Assembly (NCBI GenBank): GCA_038087875.1
Contig: JAXLNO010000325.1
Location: forward strand, 1-64,000
Source of the DNA: Malacoraja senta
Taxonomy: Eukaryota
Direction of reading: 5' to 3'
Length of the DNA: 64,000 bases
Positions within the stretch are counted from its first letter, which is position 1. Every line of letters begins with the position of its first letter. Made by a program: the position numbers and the translations under genes. Below the pieces are notes generated by a model. That model was given only the letters and a program-made list of their open reading frames with translations, ran no database searches and was not told where the DNA came from. Shown here piece by piece: positions 12,959-25,919 of this stretch.

Positions 12959-13134
12959 CAGGGCCGGCCTTAGGAGGTGCGGGGCCCAATTGGAAACAAT
13001 GTTGGTGAGCCCCAGGTTCCCAGCCAAGGTCTGTAGAATCATAGAAATACAAATAAAGTCTATTATAGACTTTATATCTCTATGGTAGAATAGAAGGTAA
13101 TCAAAATGTGTGCTTAAAAAGTGCCTGTGGGTTA
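12959..13134 (+). mobile_element. Possible left end of a hAT-type non-autonomous DNA transposon
   Basis: Begins CAGGGCCGGC at the point where the paralogous CR1 (about 57320) continues uninterrupted. No right end was found. Confidence 0.4.
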
Positions 13135-13181
<47 letters not shown>

Positions 13182-13356
13182 CGCGTGCGTGCGTGCGTGC
13201 GTGCGTGTGTCGGTGTCCGTGTGTGTCGGTGTCCGTGTGTGTCTGTGTCCGTGTGTGTGTGTGTGTGTGGGAATGTGTGTGTGTGTGTGTCTGTGTCTGT
13301 GTGTGAATATGTGTGTGTGTGTGTGTGAATATGTGTGTGTGTGTCTGTGTGAGCAT

Positions 13357-13431
<75 letters not shown>

Positions 13432-13550
13432 TGTGTGTGTGTGTGTGAATGTGTGTGTGTGAGCGTGTGTGTGTGAATGTGTGCGTGTGTGTGTGTGTGT
13501 GAATGTGTGTGTGTGTGTGAATGTGTGTGTGTGTGTGTGTGTGTGAATAT

Positions 13551-13592
<42 letters not shown>

Positions 13593-13966
13593 TTGTGTGT
13601 GTGTGTGTGAATGTGTGTGTGTTTGTATGTGTGTGTGTGAACGTGTGTGTGAATGTGTGTCTGTGTGTGTGTGTGTGTGTACGTGTGTGTGTGTGTATGT
13701 GTCTGTGTCTGTGTCTGTGTGAGCGTGTGTGAGTGTGTGTGTGTGTGAATGTGTATGTGTGTGTGAATGTGTGTGTGTGTGTGTGTACGTGTGTGTGTGT
13801 GTGTGAATGTGTGTGTGTGTGTGTATGTGTGTGTGTTTGTGAATGTGTGTGTGTGTGAATGTGTGTGTGTGTGAATGTGTGTGTGTGAATGTGTGTGTGT
13901 ATGTGTATGTGTGTGTGTGTGTGAATGTGTGTGTGTGTATGTGTGAATGTGTGTGTGTGTGTGTGA

Positions 13967-14011
<45 letters not shown>

Positions 14012-14081
14012 TGTGTGTGTGTGTGTGTGCGTGTGTGTGAATGTGTGTGTGTGTGTGTGTGTGCACGTGTGTGTGTGTGTG

Positions 14082-14112
<31 letters not shown>

Positions 14113-14166
14113 AAATGTGTGTGTGAATGTGTGAATTTGTGTGTGTGTGTGTGTGTGCGTGTGTAT

Positions 14167-14249
<83 letters not shown>

Positions 14250-14265
14250 CGCGTGTGTGTGTGTA
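13135..14265. repeat. Long interrupted (TG)n microsatellite
   Basis: About 1.1 kb of TG repeats punctuated by GAAT. Confidence 0.97.
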
Positions 14266-17200
14266 TATTCAGTATTCAGTATTCAGTATTTCTTTAATAT
14301 CATTTCACTCATACACAGAGGAAACGAAAACACGTTTCTAAATCGGATTCCATTCAGTGTAAAAACAAAAGGATAATACATAGAGCTTAAAAAACAAATT
14401 AAACTTACCATTCTTAAAAAGAATGTAGGCCTAAAATTAACAATATAATAAAAACAGTCATTCTAATCGACAGTGGCTTCACAGTAGCTTTACTTTGACA
14501 GGTGCCTAACTGTCAAAGTATGGGCGCGGTTGGATGTGTGGATGAGCGATGTTTTGGGAGGGGACAAAGTCCGTTAATCAGTCTTATTGCCTGTGGGAAG
14601 AAGCTGAGGAGCATCCTGCTGGTTTTGCAGCTGATGCTCCTGTACCTCTTCCCAGATGGCAGAATGGAAAAGATGTGCTGTGATGGGTGGTAGGGGTCCT
14701 GGATGATGGAGATGGCTCTACTGATGCTCCTCTTCTTGTATATCTCCAGCAGGAAAGGGAGTGGGGCACCGATAATCCTGCTGGCGGTCTTCACTATCCT
14801 GTTTAGTTGATATTGTTCGTAAGCCTTGCAGCTCCCGAACCAGGAAGTGATGCCATAGGTTATTATGCTTTCAATTGTGCCCCTATAGAAGGTTCTTAGA
14901 TGGGCAGTGGGGAGACCTGCTTTCCGTAGTCTCCGGAGAGGGTGGAGTCGCTGTTGGGTTCTTTTGACCACTGCTGTGGTGTTGGTCATAGAGGTCAGGT
15001 CATCCGACAGGTGGAGTCCTAGGACCTTCACACTGCTGACCCTCTCCACAGCAGTTCCATCAATATACAGCGGTGTATGGTGTTGTTTTCCCGCCCTCCT
15101 GAAGTCGACCACCATCTCCTTAGTTTTTCCCACATTAAGAGTGAGGTTGTGGGATTTGCACCATCCTGTGAGCAGCTCCACCTCCATCCTGTACGCCGAC
15201 TCATTATTGTCGTTGATGAGACCCACCACTGTTGTGTCATCAGCGAACTTGTTGATATAGTTGGTATTGAGTCTAGCAGTACAGTCATGTGTAAGCAGAC
15301 TAAACAGCAGGGGGCTTAGGACACAGCCTTGGGGTGAGCCAGTGCTCACGGCGATGGTTTTTGATGTCCGACTGCCCACCCTGACTGTCTGCTGCCGTTG
15401 TGATAAGAAGTTAAGGACCCAGTTACAAGTGCCAGTATCGACCCCTAACAGCCTCAGCTTCTCCACCAGCTGCTGTGGAATGGTTGTATTAAAAGCAGAG
15501 CTGAAGTCTAAAACGAGGATCCTGGCATAAGTATTTTTCCGGTCGAGGTGTGACAGTGCGAGGTTCAGTGTAGTGGAGACTGCATCCTCTGTGGACCATG
15601 TTGGCTCTGTAGGCGAACTGCAGTGGATCTAGGTCGGCAGGGAGACAATTTTTGATATGCTGCATAACCAGCCGCTCAAAACACTTCATTAATATGGGTG
15701 TGAGAGCCACTGGGCGGAAGTCATTGTGACAGGCTGGGTTTGGTTTCTTCGGGACAGGAACGATGGTGGCACTTTTAAGACAGTTGGGCACTACTGCCTG
15801 GCTGAGTGAGATGTTAAAAATGTCTGTGAAGACATCTTTTAGTTGATCAGCGCAGTCCCTTAAAACGCATCCAGGGATGTTATCCGGCCCTGCAGCTTTG
15901 CGTGGATTGATGCTGGCAAAGGCCTTTTTAACTCCGGCTGTGGACAGCCTGAGTGACTGGTCGCTGGGTGATGGCAGGAGTGCTCGTATCTGGGTGGTGT
16001 TTTTAACCTCAAACCGTGCGTAGAACTCGTTCAGTTCATCTGGTAGAGAGGGGTCGTTTCGGCATATCCGCAGCGGGGGGGGGGGAGTTGTAGTCAGTGA
16101 TGGTATGAAATCCCTGCCACAAGCGACGTGTGTCTTTGTCGTTTGTGAAGTGGCTATTAAGTTTTTGTACATACCGCCTCTTCGCTTCCCTGATCCCCCG
16201 GGATAGGTTACTCCGTGCCAGTTTGTATGCTGCGTTGTCCCCAGATTTAAATGCAGCATTCCGGACTCTCAGTAGGGAACAAACTTCCACAGTTAGCCAA
16301 GGTTTCTGATTGGCACGCCTCTTGACGGGTTTAACCAGCGTCACATCATCAATGCATTTATTGATGTATCCGATGACGGATTCTGTGTATTCTTGGAGGT
16401 CAATGCCACTGTCACCTGTTGCTGCCTCTCTGAAAATGGCCCACTGTGTGATTTCAAAACAGTCTTGCAGTGCTGCGGTAGCTCCCTGTGGCCATATTCT
16501 GACTTCTTTGACCATTGGCCTGTCCTGTTTCACCCTGGGTCTGTATGCAGGTGTGAGCAGAACCGCCAGGTGGTCAGAATTGCCGATATGGGGGAGGGGG
16601 GCTGCTTTATATGAATCTTTAATGTTTGTGTACACCAGGTCTAGTTTGTTCTTTCCCCTGGTTGCAATGTCCACATGCTGGTAGAATTTAGGCAGAACAG
16701 ATGCAAGACTTGCCTGGTTAAAATCCCCAGCTGCTATGAAGAAAGCATGGGGATGTTCCCTCTGCTGCTCACTGATGTTGTTGTAGAGTTCTGTCATAGC
16801 GTCCTTCACGTCCGCGCTCGGTGGTACATAAACGGCCGTTGTGAAGACTGTCGTTAGCTCCCTCGGTAAGTAGAAGGGTCGGCATTTCACAGTCATTAAC
16901 TCTACGTGGGGTGAGCAGTAAGTGGAAACTACCATGGCATCCCGACACCACGATCTATTAACATACACAGCCAGGCCGCCTCCCCTTGACTTACCAGCTA
17001 GCGAAGCTACTCTGTCAGCTCTGTGTAGCATTAGCCCCTCTAGCTGGATCGCAGCGTCCGTGATGTTCTGATTCAGCCAGGTCTCCGTAAGGACATAGAC
17101 ACAGCAGTTCTTCACGCTACGTTGTGTAGCTCTCCACGCTCTGATGTAGTCCATCTTATTGTCGAGGGAGCGGACATTTGCCAACATGAGTGTAGGCACT

Positions 17201-17562
17201 GTTGGTTTGTGTGGGTTAGCGACTAGCCTAGCGTAGACTACTCCACGCTTCCCCCGCTTCCGCATCCTGCTACACCGCTTGCGGTGAATCCTCACCAATG
17301 TTGTTCCATGTGCAGCCGCGGCTTTCCGTGGGCCTACGCAGCGCAGAAGTCCCAGCTCGCCCAGAACACTCCGTAAGTCTTTGTTACAACAAGAAGCTTT
17401 GTTGTGGGTGTCCAACAGAAACTGTCGCTCATACTGCCACACATACATACACTCTCTCAACACACATACTCCAGTCACACCACTCGCTCCACTAACACGC
17501 GAAAACACTGAATTTCCACTGAGGCCGCTGCAAACACAGGTTGCGCCGCCATCTTGGTTCAT
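14266..17562 (-). mobile_element. Near-complete Rex1/Babar-type non-LTR retrotransposon (APE endonuclease plus RT), two frameshifts
   Basis: ORF 16036-17562 has APE motifs (LANVRSL, LTETWL, GDFN, SDH). ORFs 15489-16259 and 14513-15466 give RT motifs (RPVALT, PQG, FADD). The 3' tail is (AATACTG)n at 14266-14290. Confidence 0.85.
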
Positions 17563-17949
17563 AATCCGCCTGTTGCTTTGGGTTTACATGGATGTCGTTT
17601 GTGAATTCTATGTGTTTTATAAACCCAGATAAAGGTTGTAATCAGAGAATCAAGATTTTTGAAAAAAATGTGGTTAGGTATATCGGTATTGATTGAAATA
17701 AATCAATCCCCCCTCTCCCTATCTCCCCCTCTATCCCACCTCTCTCCCCCCACTTCTCTCTCTACACCTCCTCTCCCCCTCTCTCTCTCTGTGAAACAGG
17801 GTAAACCTGTGAGTGAAGTTTGCACCAGGTACAGCACTAACAAATAAACTGATTTAAACGGTGACCTGACAAATATTTGTACAAACAATAAGATCAAATA
17901 GAACAAGTTGTCCTACAACTTTAGGCTGTGTACACCATACACATGAAGA

Positions 17950-19150
17950 AGTCACCTTGAAAGATCATCCCTCATCCCCCTGTGCCCCAAGGAATAAAGC
18001 ACTAGGCTGCTGAATCTGTCCCTCTAGATCAGGCCCTCCATTCTTGTCAACATCCTCGTGAATCTTCTCTACGGCATTTCCACCTTGACACCATTTTACC
18101 GATACCAATGTGTCCAAAACTGAACGCAACACTGTAAATGTGGTCTCACCAACGTCTTGTACATGTGCAACATGACCTCCAAACCTCTAGACTCAATGTT
18201 CTGTCTGATGAAGGTTAAATGTGACAAAAGCCTTTTAAACCACCCTATCTCCATGTGATGTTACTTTAAACACACTGTGTACCTGTCGTCAAAGATCCCT
18301 CTGCTCTATATTTGATTCACCTTTCTGTCTTGGTTCCAGCTCATCGGTACTGACACCTCTGGACTCACTGATGGTGGCACTTTCCATCTGTGTCTGATTC
18401 TCAACACACTTGCACCACAGTTGAACATCCAAATAAAGACCAATCTAGACTTCACTGCTCCTCCAAGTGTAGCACTCGCTCTCCTCAGTTGTACTTCAAA
18501 TATCTGCCAGCCCCTTTTGTGTAGTTCTGGTCACCATATCATAGAAATGATGTCCTATTGCCAGAGGAAGTGCAGACCAGATTCACCAGGATGTTTTCAG
18601 GAATGGACAGCGTTAGTCCAATGGTCCTTTATTGTCACGTGTACTGGGGTACAGTGACATTTGATTTATTATACAATGATACAAATAAAGCATCAAGATA
18701 CATAACTAGATAAAGATTAAACAGAAACATAATCTTGATAGAAGACAGATTGGATCGGGTGGGATTGGAAAATATCGTGTCTCTTTGGAGCAAGAATACA
18801 GAGGGGCGACCTTACTGAGGCTTGTAAAATGATGTCAACTACAGCAGGATTGAGTGGATGGTCACGGATATTTCTCAGCCTGGGAGAATCTAAACCCAGA
18901 GACCAGATTTAATAGAAAGGGAAAAGATTGAAGGGAATTCTGACGGGCAGGTATTCCACACCAAAGATGGAGCAATCTTTACATGAGGAGGTGGGGCAGA
19001 TACCATCACCGCAAATAAACAGCATTTTGACGGCCGTTTGTCTCGGATAGGAATGGAAGGAAATGGGTCAAATACAAGTGAATGAGATCACCCTAGATAG
19101 GCATTTTGGTCTGCATGGATGTCGGGCCGAAGGGCCTGTTTCCATGCTGT
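17950..19150. mobile_element. Degenerate CR1 fragments on both strands
   Basis: Eroded EQRDL/RPHL and 3'UTR motifs. Paralogous to 23820-25830 and 41110-41430. Confidence 0.7.
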
Positions 19151-20539
19151 TTCCGTGCCCATTTCACACACCACTGGAATCAGCGGTTCTGTAAACTCTA
19201 GTGTGCTCTGTCTGTCATCGACCTCCCCAGTTGGAGCCACATTACAGACACATCACTGACTACACAACAGTGGTGATACTGTATTGGGTGGTGCTGTCAC
19301 TAACAACGGAGGCTCATCGTTCATCTCCCTCCCAAGTGTCCAACAGGTGCTTCACTGTCCTCAAACTAAACTCTAGCCTGGAAATCCAAGGAATTCAACA
19401 TCAATAACTGTCCAATTTTCTTAAAGCTGCAAATTAAACAACAAAATTATATAACTGTCTGTCATATACGTTGGTCATTTTAATATGTCACTGATTATTG
19501 AAGTGTCTTTCAGTTTCCACGTGTACCAGGTATACACAGCAGAACGGAGAAATGCTCTCTTGAATTAATTGATAAATAGGCACAGAAATACAGACTGAGT
19601 GTGTAAGAGCTCTCTCTAAATTCACTTTGAAGTATGACAGGGCACCATATAGAAACATTCAATTCTTAAGGGATTGGATAGGCAAGAACTGTTCCCGTTG
19701 TTGGGGGAGTCCAGAAACAGGGGTCGCAGTTTAACAATAAGGGTTCGGCCATTTCAGACTGAGGTGAGGAAAATAATTTTCATCCAGAGAGTTGTGAATT
19801 TGGACGAAGGATACAGCACCATTACGTAACTACCCCCTTCTCTGTTCTGAACTGTAATTTTCCACATTATGTGTTTTTATTTCCATTGTATCCCGGAGAG
19901 AGGCAATTAGTATTTCTAACCACTGTTAATTAAGATGAAAACAACAAGTTAATGCATCTTCACGTGCCGTGTTTACCGGCGTGGATAGAGCAGCAAGATG
20001 GAGTTAGTGCTCATTACAGATGAGATTAATTATGGATACTGAACTTCAGTTAACCCTTTCTAGTCAAATATTTGAAATAACAACCAGTTGCCAGTTCCGT
20101 CGCACACTACCCAGATATATTTTCACCAGTGGCAACACCGACAACATTTGCCTTGTAGAAGATTGGACATGTTTGCAGGTTACCTATCCATGTGCGACCA
20201 TTGGACAAACTGCTGTAATAATAATGTTAAAACGTGTGATTAACCGGGTTTGTCTTAAAATGAATCTGTTCTACGATCCAAGCACAGAGATCCATGGCCA
20301 AGTGAGGAATATCTTACTGCACTATTTGTACACACACACACCCTCCTGTAATAGAGTCATAGAGACATAGAGTCTCACAGCATCTTCAGCCCAGCCTGCC
20401 TGCCTGCCTGCCCACACCGGCCAACATGTCCCATCCCCATATTCCTATAAATGGCCTGTCTGTCTGTCTGTCCATGCACCTGTCTAAATGTTCCTTAAAG
20501 TTTGCCGCAGTACTTTTTAGTTCGTACCTTTATATAGTT

Positions 20540-23370
20540 ACAAGGAGAGATTGCTGAATGGATTGAAATTTGACTTCAGGGAAGGAAGCAGAGGGTGATG
20601 GTGGAAGGAAGGTAGTTTCTCAGACTGGAGGCCTGTGACTAGTGGTGTGCCTCAGTGTTCAGTGCTGGGCCTGTTACTGTTTGTCATCTACATCAATGAT
20701 TTGGATGAGAACTTACAGAGCAAGTTTAGCAAGTTTGCAGATGATACAAAAGTGGGTGGTTTTGCAGATAGTGAAGATGGTTGTGAGTAACTGCAGTAGG
20801 ATCTTGATCGATTGGCCAAGTGTGCTGGGGAATGGTTGGTGGAATTTAATGCAGAGAATTGTGAGGTATTGCATTTTGGGAAGTCTAACATGGGGAGGAT
20901 CTACACAGTGAATGGTAGGGCAAGAGGTACAATTGTAGAGCAGAGGGATCTTGGAGTGCAGATGCACAGTTCCTTGAAGGTGGAATCACAGTTGCTGTAG
21001 ATCGGATGGTCAAAAAGGCTTTTGGCACATTGGCCTTTAGCTGGCAGAGTATTGAGTGTAGATGGTACACCAAAATGCTGGTGAAACTCAGCGGGTGCAG
21101 CAGCATCCTTCCTATAATTAGGCGACCAAAATTGTAGGCCAATTCAGGAGTATGGAGTACAATTTTGGTCGCCTAATTATAGGAAGGATGTCAACAAAAT
21201 AGAGAGAGTACAGAGGAGATTTACTATGTTGCCTGGGTTTCAGCAACTAAGTTACTGAGAAAGTTTGAACAAGTTAGGTCTTTATTCTTTGGAGCGCAGA
21301 AGGTTTAAGAGGGGACTTGATAGAGGTCTTTAAAATTATGAGCGGGTTAGACAGAGTGGACGTGGATAAGCTTTTCCCATTGAGAGTAGGGAAGATTCAA
21401 ACAAGGGGACATATAACCATATAACCATATCACGATTACAGCACGGAAACAGGCCATCTCGGCCCTTCAAATCCGTGCCGAACATTATTATTATTATTAT
21501 TATTATTATTTTTTTTTTTTAATAAATACTTCCCCCTAGTCCCATCTACATGCACTCAGACCATAACCCTCCATTCCTTTCCCGTCTATATACCCATCCA
21601 ATCTATTTTTAAAGGATAAAATCGAACCAGCCTCCACCACTTCCACTGGAAGCTCATTCCACACAGCTACCACTCTCTGAGTAAAGAAGTTCCCCCTAAT
21701 GTTACCCCTAAACCTCTGTCCCTTAATTCTCAAGTCATGTCCCCTTGTTTGAATCTTCCCTACTCTCAATGGAAAAAGCTTATCCACGTCAACTCTGTCT
21801 AACCCGCTCATAATTTTAAAGACCTCTATCAAGTCCCCTCTTAACCTTCTGCGCTCCAAAGAATAAAGACCTAACTTGTTCAACCTTTCTCTGTAACTTA
21901 GTTGCTGAAACCCAGGCAACATTCTAGTGAATCTCCTCTGTACTCTCTCTATTTTGTTGACATCCTTCCTATAATTAGGCGACCAAAATTGTACTCCATA
22001 CTCCAGAATTGGCCTCACCAATGCCTTGTACAATTTTAACATTACATCCCAACTTCTATATTCAATGCTCTGATTTATAAAGGCCAGCACCCCAAAAGCT
22101 TTCTTTACCACCCTATCTACATGAGATTCCACCTTCAGGGAACTATGCACAGTTATTCCTAGATCCCTCTGTTCAACTGCATTCCTCAATTCTCTACCAT
22201 TTACCATGTACGTCCTATTTTGATTTGTCCTGCCGAGATGTAGTACCTCACATTTATCATCATTAAACTCCATCTGCCATCTTTCAGCCCACTCTTCTAA
22301 ATGGCCTAAATCTCTCTGTAGACATTGAAAATCTACTTAATTATCCACCACACCACCTATCTTAGTATCATCTGCATACTTACTAATCCAATTTTCCACA
22401 CCATCATCCAGATCATTGATGTACATGACAAACAACAGTGGACCCAACACAGACCCCTGAGGCACCCCACTAGTCACCGGCCTCCAACCTGACAAACTGC
22501 CATCCACCATTACTCTCTGGCATCTCCCATTCAGCCACATGCCTTGAGAATTAAGGGACAGAAGTTTAGGGGTAACATTAGGGGGAACCTCTTTACTCAG
22601 AGAGTGGTGCTGTGTGGAATGAGCTTCCAGTGGAAGTGGTGGAGGCAGGTTCGATGTTATCCTTTAAAAATAGATTGGATGGGTATATGGACGGGAAAGG
22701 AATGGAGGATTATGGTCTGAGTGCAGGTAGACGGGACTAGGGGGAAGTAAATTAAAAAAAAAAAAAAAAAGTTCGGCACGGACTTGAAGGGCCGAGATGG
22801 CCTGTTTCCGTGCTGTTATGGTTATATGGTTATCTATGGAGCGAAGGAAATAGGCAACGTTTCGGGCCGAAACCCTTCTTCAGACTGATAGGGGGTGGGG
22901 AGAAGAAAGGTAAAAAGGAAAAAAGGCGGAAGAGGAGCCCGAGGGCTGGGAGATGGGAGGAGACAACCAGAGGGCTGATGAAGGGGAGGGGACAGCAAGG
23001 GCTAGCACAGTTGGGAGAATTCGATGTTCATGCCCCCAGGATGTAGACTGTCCAAGCGGAATATGAGGTGCATTTCCTCCAATTGAGTGTAGAGTTTGGG
23101 AGATCATGTTACAGTTGTATCAGACCTTAGTGAGGCCGCATTTGGAGTATTGTGTTCAGTTCTGGGTATTGTGTTATTGGAAAGATGTTGCCAATCCAGA
23201 AACTTTACAGATACATTTTACAAGGATGCAGCAGCCAGGGTCTGGCCTGTGGGGAGTGGTTGAGTAGGCAGGGACCCTATTCCTTGAAACACAGGCAGGA
23301 GGAAGAAGGGTGATCTTATAGAGGTGTATAAGATGATGAGAGGGATCTAACGGGAAGAATATAAGGGGAT
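20540..23370. mobile_element. Nested stack: older CR1 (+) containing a Penelope-derived element (-), containing a young CR1 (+), containing a young CR1 (-)
   Basis: The outer CR1 splits at about 21060/23082, the PLE at about 21106/22833 and the inner (+) CR1 at about 21411/22539. The central (-) CR1 encodes ORFs 21536-22273 and 22337-22540 (GVPQG, YADD). Confidence 0.85.
22853..22887 (-). ncRNA. Minimal type I hammerhead ribozyme motif (PLE-associated)
   Basis: CAGT-CTGAAGA-AGGGTTTCGGCCC-GAAAC-GTT-GCC: CUGANGA core, stem II hairpin, GAAA and a palindromic loopless stem III. Confidence 0.6.
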
Positions 23371-24445
23371 TCTGATGTACGTTTTCTCTCAGCAGACGGA
23401 CCTTGCTGTGTGGTCTGTGGGTTTGAATTCACATCTACCTGTCGACTGGTCTGAAGTAGTTGACTACAAAATAAACTGCAGATTGAACACAGCCACAGCT
23501 AGTATTGACCAACCAGCTGGAACTAATATTCCCACTGGGGGTGAAGGGCACAGCATCCCCTTTTTCAGATATGAAGCTACATTTTAATTTTCAGTGTTAT
23601 TCTTTACATTGAATGCCGGAGAGAGAGAGGCACTAAACTACTGTTAATTAAGTTGAAAATAACAAATTAATGCATCTACACCTGCCGTGTTTACCATCGT
23701 GGATAGATTGAGCAACAAGATGGAATTAGTGCTCATTACAGATGAGATTCATTATGGATACTGAACCTGCGTTAACCCTTTTAAGTCCAACATTTGAAAT
23801 AAAATAACAATGTTTTTACCTATCCCTCTAGATCAGGCCCTCGTGTCCTGGCAACATCCTCGTAAATCTTCTCTACGCCCTCAGACACAAAATGCTGGAG
23901 TAACTCAGCGGATGGGTCAGGCAGCATCTCTGGTGAGAAGGAATGGGTGACGTTTCGGGTCGAGACCCTTATATATACTGACCCGTTGAGTTACTCCAGC
24001 ATATTATGTCTACCTTCGATTAAAACCAGATCTGTACTTCTTTCCTGCACATTCTCCGCTCCCTTTCCAGCTTGACACCATTTTACGATACCAATGTACC
24101 TAAAACTGAACACAATACTCTAAATGCTGCATGACCAATGTCTTATACAACTGCAACATGGCCTCCTAGTGTCTATACTCAATGCTCTGACAGGTGAAGG
24201 CTAATGTGCCGAAAGCCTTTTTGACCACCCTATCTACCTGTGATGTTACTTGTAAACCACTATGTACCTGCTGTCATCCTAGATCCCTCTGTTTTACACT
24301 TAATTCACATTTTCCCCTTGGTTACAGCTCATCGGTACTGACAACTCTGGACTCACTGACTGATTGATGGAGTCACTTCCCATCTGCGTCTGATTCTCAA
24401 CACACTTACACTACAGCTGAACATCCAAATAAAGAAAAATCAAGA

Positions 24446-25229
24446 CATAGAAACATAGAAAATAGGTGCAGGAGTAGGCCATTCGGCCCTTCGAGCCTGC
24501 ACCGCCATTCAATATGATCATGGCTGATCATCCAACTCAGTATCCTGTACCTGCCTTCTCTCCATACCCCCTGATCCCTTTAGCCACAAGGGCCACATCT
24601 AACTCCCTCTTAAATATAGCCAATGAACTGGTCTCAACTACCTTCTGTGGCAGAGAATTCCACATATTCACCACTCTCTGTGTGAAAAATGTTTTTCTCA
24701 TCTCGGTCCTAAAAGACTTCCCCCTTATCCTTAACCTGTGACCTCTTGTCCTGGACTTCCCCAACATCGGGAAAAAAATTCCTGCATCTAGCCTATCCAA
24801 CCCCTTAAGAATTTTGTAAGTTTCTATAAGACCCCCCCTCAATCTTCTAAATTCTATCGAGTACAAGCCGAGTCTATCCAGTCTTTCATCATATGATAGT
24901 CCTGACATCCCAGGAATCAGTCTGGTGAACCTTCTCTGGACTCCCTCTAAGGCAAGAATGTCTTTCCTCAGATTAGGAGACCAAAACTGTACGCAATACT
25001 CCAGGTGTGGTCTCACCAAGACCCTGTACAACTGCAGTTGAACCTCCCTACTCCTATACTCAAATCTTTTTGCTATGAATGCTAACATACCACTTGCTTT
25101 CTTCACTGCGTGCTGCACCTGCATGCCTACTTTCAATGACTGGTGTACCATGACACAAAGATCTCGTTGCATCTCCCTTTTTCCTAATCGGCCACCATTC
25201 AAATAATAGTCTCCTGTTTTGCCACCAAA
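24446..25229 (-). mobile_element. Young 5'-truncated CR1 insertion
   Basis: Open 221-aa ORF2 C-terminus (24537-25202) and a (CTATGTTT)n tail. The empty paralogous site is at about 18447. Confidence 0.9.
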
Positions 25230-25919
25230 GACTTCACTGCTCCTCCAAGTGTAGCACTTGCTCTCCTCGGTTGTACTTCAAATATCTGCCAGCCCCTTTT
25301 GTATAGTTCTGGTCACCAGATTATGGAAATGATGTCCTATTGCCAGAGGGAGTGCGGAACAGATTCGCCAGGATGTTATCTGGAATGGACAGCGTTAGTT
25401 TAGAAGGCAGATTCGATCGGGTGGGATTGGTCTCTTTGGAGCAAGAATACTGAGGGGTGACCTTACAGAGGCTTGTGAAATTATGTCAACTACAGCAGGA
25501 TTGAGTAGATGGTGACAGTTATTTCCCAGGCTGGGAGAATCTAAACCCACACAACTACAGTTTATTGGAAAGGGGAAAGATTTAAGGGAATACTGATGGG
25601 CAGGCAGGTATTCCACACCAAAGGTGGAGCAATCTCTTCATAAGTGGTGGTGGGGGCAGATACCGTCACAGCAAATAAACAGCATTTGGACAGCCGTTTG
25701 TCTCGGATAGGCATGGAGGGATATGAGACAAATACACGTGAATGAGATCACTTGTAATCTCATTCACATCATGGACATCATGCCTCATAGGCATCTCGAT
25801 CTGCATGGATGAATCGGGCCGAAGTGCCTGTTTCCCTGTTGTTCTCATGAACATTTGCACAGCACTGGAATCACCGGTTCTGTTATCTCTCATGTGCTCT
25901 GTCATCGTCATGCCCGCCA

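Noticed and set aside
13101..14376. His-Thr and Cys-Val repeat ORFs (also at 44569-45853)
   Set aside because: They are translations of (CA)n/(TG)n microsatellites.
17789..17828. Micro-exon GKPVCEVCT spliced to the Kazal-like segment
   Set aside because: The phases are compatible, but the two pieces lie on opposite strands in the ancestral block arrangement, and the acceptor is lost in the 37290 copy.
18320..18515. Plus-strand terminal exon with an acceptor and AATAAA
   Set aside because: The frame is not kept in the paralog at 24310-24445, and the minus strand resembles an eroded CR1 WQM...VLHLG segment.
23390..23475. Plus-strand terminal exon GPCCVVCGFEFTSTCRLV-stop followed by AATAAA
   Set aside because: Differences from the paralog fall mostly at first codon positions in this frame, which favours the antisense frame or non-coding status.
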